From the NCBI GenBank assembly GCA_000175855.1, contig ACYB01000036.1:30001-62000 (forward strand): DNA of 32,000 bases. The letters run 5' to 3'. Source of the DNA: Raphidiopsis brookii D9. GTDB lineage: Bacteria; Cyanobacteriota; Cyanobacteriia; Cyanobacteriales; Nostocaceae. Position numbers and translations under genes: made by a program. Below, in pieces: positions 28,101 to 32,000 of the stretch. The notes below the pieces were generated by a model. The model was given only the letters and a program-made list of their open reading frames with translations. It was not told the origin of the DNA and searched no databases. Numbering within the stretch: position 1 is the stretch's first letter; each line of letters opens with the position of its first letter.

Positions 28101-30414
28101 CCTTGTATCTTTCAGAAAAACTAGCTTCTAAAAGAACAACATGGCTATGCTTTTGCCAAACCTCCTTGTTACGACAAGCCTCCTCTAGTCCATCATATTC
28201 AATCTCTAACAGTCCACATTGCTCCAAATTCGGTTGTACAATTCGCCATCCCCGTCGCAAGTCTTGGTATAGTCGATACTCTATTAATTGGGCAAAAGCA
28301 TTTTCATTTCTTCTTCTACCATTGTCAAACTCCACCACCTCCTTAGCGTAGTCACCTTGAGACAGATTCATTTGCTTAATTACAGCAGAAACTAGACTTC
28401 CGTGCCTTAGTTCCCCCTCCGCTTGCAGAGCACCTAACAAAGCACCCCTTAAAAAACTGGTTTGAACAAAATCATTAAAATGTCCTGCTTGTAAAGAAGC
28501 ATCTTGACGATTATCAGTAAAACTCAGGATTTTAGCAGCTTTCGCCTTTTCCCCTTTGAAAATGCTTTTCAACCGGGTAACAGTGGATAAACATAAGAGC
28601 GTAGTTGCCGTACTTCTTCCTTCACTGCTTAAACTAGATAGTTTAGAAAACTCATTCTTATGACCAGAATGAAAAGTTCCACAATGTAAACAAAACCTAA
28701 AAGGGTGAGGAACAAACCAACAGGTATTCCCCTCTAGCAGGGAACCTATCTTCCCAGATGGTAATATTTGCAGTGATTGGGGGACAAAACGTTCATAATC
28801 TTTTTTTATTTCCCTTCCCCTCCTTTTCGTTTCTTTGAACCAGCTATCGGGTAATTTTTCTCGGTCCTGTGGATCATGCCAAAGATTAGGTCGATTTAGG
28901 ATTAGGTAACCTGAGATTTTTGGGTCCTCCGAAACCTCATCATCAAAACTACGGGGGAAAATGCCTTCATTTGGTAAGTAATTAACCAAGTAATAATCCT
29001 GTCCACATTCCCGGCAAAACACTAGGGGAAAAAGTAGCCGATTTTCAGTGGTGGAATATTGACCATCAAGGGTTAAAACTCGATACTCGGGATTTTCAAT
29101 AGTAGAGTACACATTTCCCGCTTGTGAGATAAATTGATGCAATCGAAAAGTTAATCCTTTCACCCTACTTCCCCATAAAAACATCTCTTGAATGATGTCT
29201 AAACAAGTCTCTTGAGGAATTTGTGTTTCGTCAGCTAAAAGTTTGGCTCCTGCTTCTAAAGTAATAGGCGTACGTCTTACTAACACATGTCGTTTATTCT
29301 CTTGTTTATCTTCTTCTTTTCCCCTCTCTAATGTGTGTTCTAATACTTCATCTAGTCCAAAAGTTGTTTCCATCCAATAGCTGAGGGGATGAGCCTTAAA
29401 CTCTTCTATAGTTTGCTGTGAAGTTTCTGATAATCCTTCAATAATGCTAGTACGTAACTCTTCAACCGTAGGTTTATGTCTGACTATAGAGCGTTGTAAA
29501 GATTCAGTGATGACATTTTGTTGGAGAATTTGTTTACCGAATATTTTACTGGCTACATTAGCTACTACTTGACGACGACTCACAAGAGAGTTTTCCGTAG
29601 ACATAGTAGCACTAGTACCAATATATAATAAATCTTGACCACAGCGCTGGCGTAACTTACGGATAAGAATAGCCACATCAGCACCTTGACGACCTCGATA
29701 GGTATGTAATTCATCAAGGACCAGAAATTTTAAGTGAGGGGAACTGACTAATTTTTCTTCATGCGTGCGAGAGAGCATCAGTTCCAGCATTACATAATTA
29801 GTCAGGAGGATGTGGGGGGGATTATTTTGGATTTCATTCTTGGTTTGTAAACTTTCTTGTCCCGTATATTTAGCAATGCGGATAGGGGAATTGGGTACAT
29901 TAGCAAGAAACTTATTTAATTCTTCCTCTTGGGAATTAATTAGAGCATTCATAGGATAAACTAGAATTGCCCTCACACCTTTTATTTCAGGATTATGGAG
30001 CAAATCATTAAATATAGGAACAATATAAGTCATACTTTTCCCCGAACCCGTTCCCGTTGTTAACACATAGGATTGACAAGTTTGTGCCACCTCAAAAGCC
30101 CGTTTTTGGTGGAAATGAAAATGAAAAGGTTGGTTATTTTTAGAGAAATAGGCAATACACTCAGGATGGAGGAGACCTTTATCTACCAATTCAACTACTG
30201 TTGCTCCTGGTGTATATTGGGGATTTAGTTGTAGTAAGGGAGAATTCCAAAATTTTCCACTAGTTAGTTCCTGATTGACAAATTCTTCAACTCGTTGATC
30301 CTGAATTTTTAAAAAACTTTTTATGTAGCGGTGATAGTCATCAACTATCTCTTGACGGAATTGAAAAATATCTAGAAAGTTAGGGAAATAGTGAGGGTGG
30401 TTCATTGATTTCAT
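25169..30414 (-). pseudogene. Large DExH-box helicase (COG1205/YprA-like core) fused to a DUF1998 zinc-ribbon domain and a C-terminal Vsr/DUF559-like endonuclease domain; about 1748 aa after repair of one frameshift (pieces 26533..30414 and 25169..26485)
   Basis: Helicase motifs LTTGTGSGKSM (I), LVLDELHTYRG (II, DExH), GTSATM (III), FTDNRQDA and QRSGRAGRSG (VI). The DUF1998 region is YRYFAAEGFLPGFNFPRLPVRAFI, then after the shift GGEFISRLRSVALREFAPRNIIYHEGDKF...VCFNCGY...WCENCE...CYQCLLSYRNQNEH. The C-terminal EREVIKEIYERGYRMP...ADFVYIDKIAIFCDGSVHD looks Vsr/DUF559-like. The frames rejoin if the C5 run at 26568-26572 is read as C6. Confidence 0.8.
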
Positions 30415-30463
30415 TATTGGGTAATAGGGGTGGTTTTGGGTTTATTAAAGGGAAGGGAGAGGT

Positions 30464-32000
30464 TTAAAACAACCTATCCCAGGCTTGTAAAATCAACCGT
30501 TGAGTTTTATACTCACCATACATTTTCAGCTCATTATTTTTAAGCACTCTAAAAGACTCACTGGGAAAATCAGAACCGTAGATATCCGTAGGGTCTAGAA
30601 TGTAACGCATTTCATCACGAGAAAGATTATGGAGTTTACCATAATAAGCATCTAATTCAGCCCTAATTAAGGCTCTTCTCTCTATGTTCCAAAAAAAAGG
30701 TTCACCCTCATATCCCATCTCCAGAGCAAAAGGACGCATATCCCAGGTTGTGTATACTAATTCTAATACCCGGGGAGTAATATATTCTATATCTTTTTGG
30801 GTGTATCTTTCTGGGGGAATTATTGGTAGTTGTTTAACTATGAAAAAGTTAAGATGGGTGCTACCAACTTTTTGGCGGGTTACATAATCAAATACTAAGC
30901 TACTAAGATTAGCCACTAAACAAGAAACTAAACTAGTTTTTTCTAAAATTATTATTGGTGCACTATTACCAACCCCAACCCTAGGTAACAAACTAAAAAT
31001 AGCGGTACGTTGATCAGTTGCACGACAGATATCTCTAAATGCTAAAAACCAACTGTGATCCCACTTTCCTGCTAACTTCTGGTCAACTTCTGTTTTATCA
31101 ACCCAATACCGTGGGAAACAAACAAAAGAAGGATCTTTCTTTTCGTCCTCTGTTAAATCTCTCATATCTCCACTGGAGGTATAAGTTCCCCACCGGTGAT
31201 CAAACTGGTGAAACATCTTAGCTTCATATAATGGCACTAAACTATCACCCTTCTCATTTTTAAATACTCCACTATCATTTGCCATGTCAAACATCCTCAT
31301 AAATGAAATTCCCCAGGGGTTAATTCCCGTCTTTTCATTTTCTATTACCGGTAGTTGGTGGTAGATTTTTTTTGTTAATTGTGCATCCTCACTAGTTCTA
31401 AATACTGGACATGTTAACGTGTTGGGGTTAATTAGAGCAATTTCTTCTGCTTTTAAGTTAAATACTCTGTTTTTTTCTTCCAGTTGTTTCGTTCTACTCA
31501 AGAAAAATCCAAATCTGCTTTCTTCCGTTCTTCTCTTACTTATACCTAGTAAACAAAATTTATAACTGCGATGAACAGCTATAAATATTGCTTCTCTATT
31601 TTCAAAGTCATAAAGACTCGCCAAATGCTGTTGTTTAACCAAATCACCAAAAACATTTTACAAGTGTCATCTGTAGCAATACCAGTCGGTACTATTATTC
31701 CCACCCTTCCATCTTCCTTGATTAAATTTCTCGCTGTTTCCGCAAAAATTGAGTAAGTATTAACATCACCCACAGCAGTTAAAGGGAATCTCCCTGACTC
31801 CCGAATAAATTTATTTTGGGCTTCCGCATCATGACTCGCCTGTTCAAATTCTTGAGCCAGTTGGGGATTTTTTTGGGGTAATTCCTTAATCAGTTTCTCC
31901 CTAGCTGCCTTATTCTTTGCTGTAGCTATTTCATTGCTCCGTGATGCAAAAAATTCTTTCTGCTGGATTTTTATTCTCTCCCAGGGGGATTACCTAATAC
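30464..32000 (-). pseudogene. C-terminal two-thirds of a large Eco57I-like N6-adenine DNA methyltransferase (5' end off the right edge), with two 1-nt frameshifts in the window
   Basis: VLGNPP, then after a shift WERIKIQQKEFFASRSNEIATAKNKAAREKL (an NPPW catalytic motif IV split at the G5 run 31985-31989). This is followed by GDVNTYSIFAETARNLIKEDGRVGIIVPTGIATDDT. A second shift at the A5 run 31649-31653 leads into LASLYDFENREAIFIAVHRSYKFCLL...PLYEAKMFHQFDHRW.... It ends 49 bp upstream of the helicase ATG on the same strand. Confidence 0.75.

Noticed and set aside
1-32000. Search for tRNA, rRNA, riboswitch, CIRCE, integrase or transposase signatures
   Set aside because: I saw no T-loop/acceptor-like GTTCGAATC-type sequences, no rRNA-like conserved blocks, no CIRCE inverted repeat and no recombinase ORF on either strand. 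I worked by eye only, so small structured RNAs could have been missed.

Overview
This looks like a chromosomal segment from a filamentous (Nostocales-like) cyanobacterium. Support: the HIP1 octamer GCGATCGC recurs at least 13 times, the sequence is AT-rich, and the gene content is typical (class II FBP/SBPase next to hemA, a Uma2 endonuclease, a large membrane-anchored protein of cyanobacterial type). Bases 1-19.2 kb are mostly housekeeping: mnmG (partial), an orphan Cache/HAMP histidine kinase, cysE, hrcA, hemA, glpX, tadA, a PlsC-type acyltransferase, an S8 protease, and bolA with a monothiol glutaredoxin. This part also holds a sulfide/persulfide-handling cluster: an ArsR/BigR-like regulator, an ETHE1-like dioxygenase, a YgaP-like rhodanese and a TauE exporter. 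Bases 19.2-32 kb read as a defence/accessory island. It contains two adjacent CARF-domain effectors (Csx1-like CARF-HEPN and an APE2256-type CARF with a RelE-like tail) with no cas genes or CRISPR array in view. It also contains a VapBC-like toxin-antitoxin pair with a truncated toxin, an FkbM methyltransferase and a Uma2 endonuclease with an in-frame 42-bp tandem repeat. The most interesting element is a minus-strand two-gene module running off the right edge: a large NPPW N6-adenine methyltransferase followed by a roughly 1748-aa DExH helicase-DUF1998-Vsr/DUF559-like nuclease. Six genes or gene segments are interrupted by single-base deletions inside homopolymer runs. All six fall in accessory genes, so they could be homopolymer sequencing errors or real gene decay. 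I found no rRNA, tRNA or CRISPR array.
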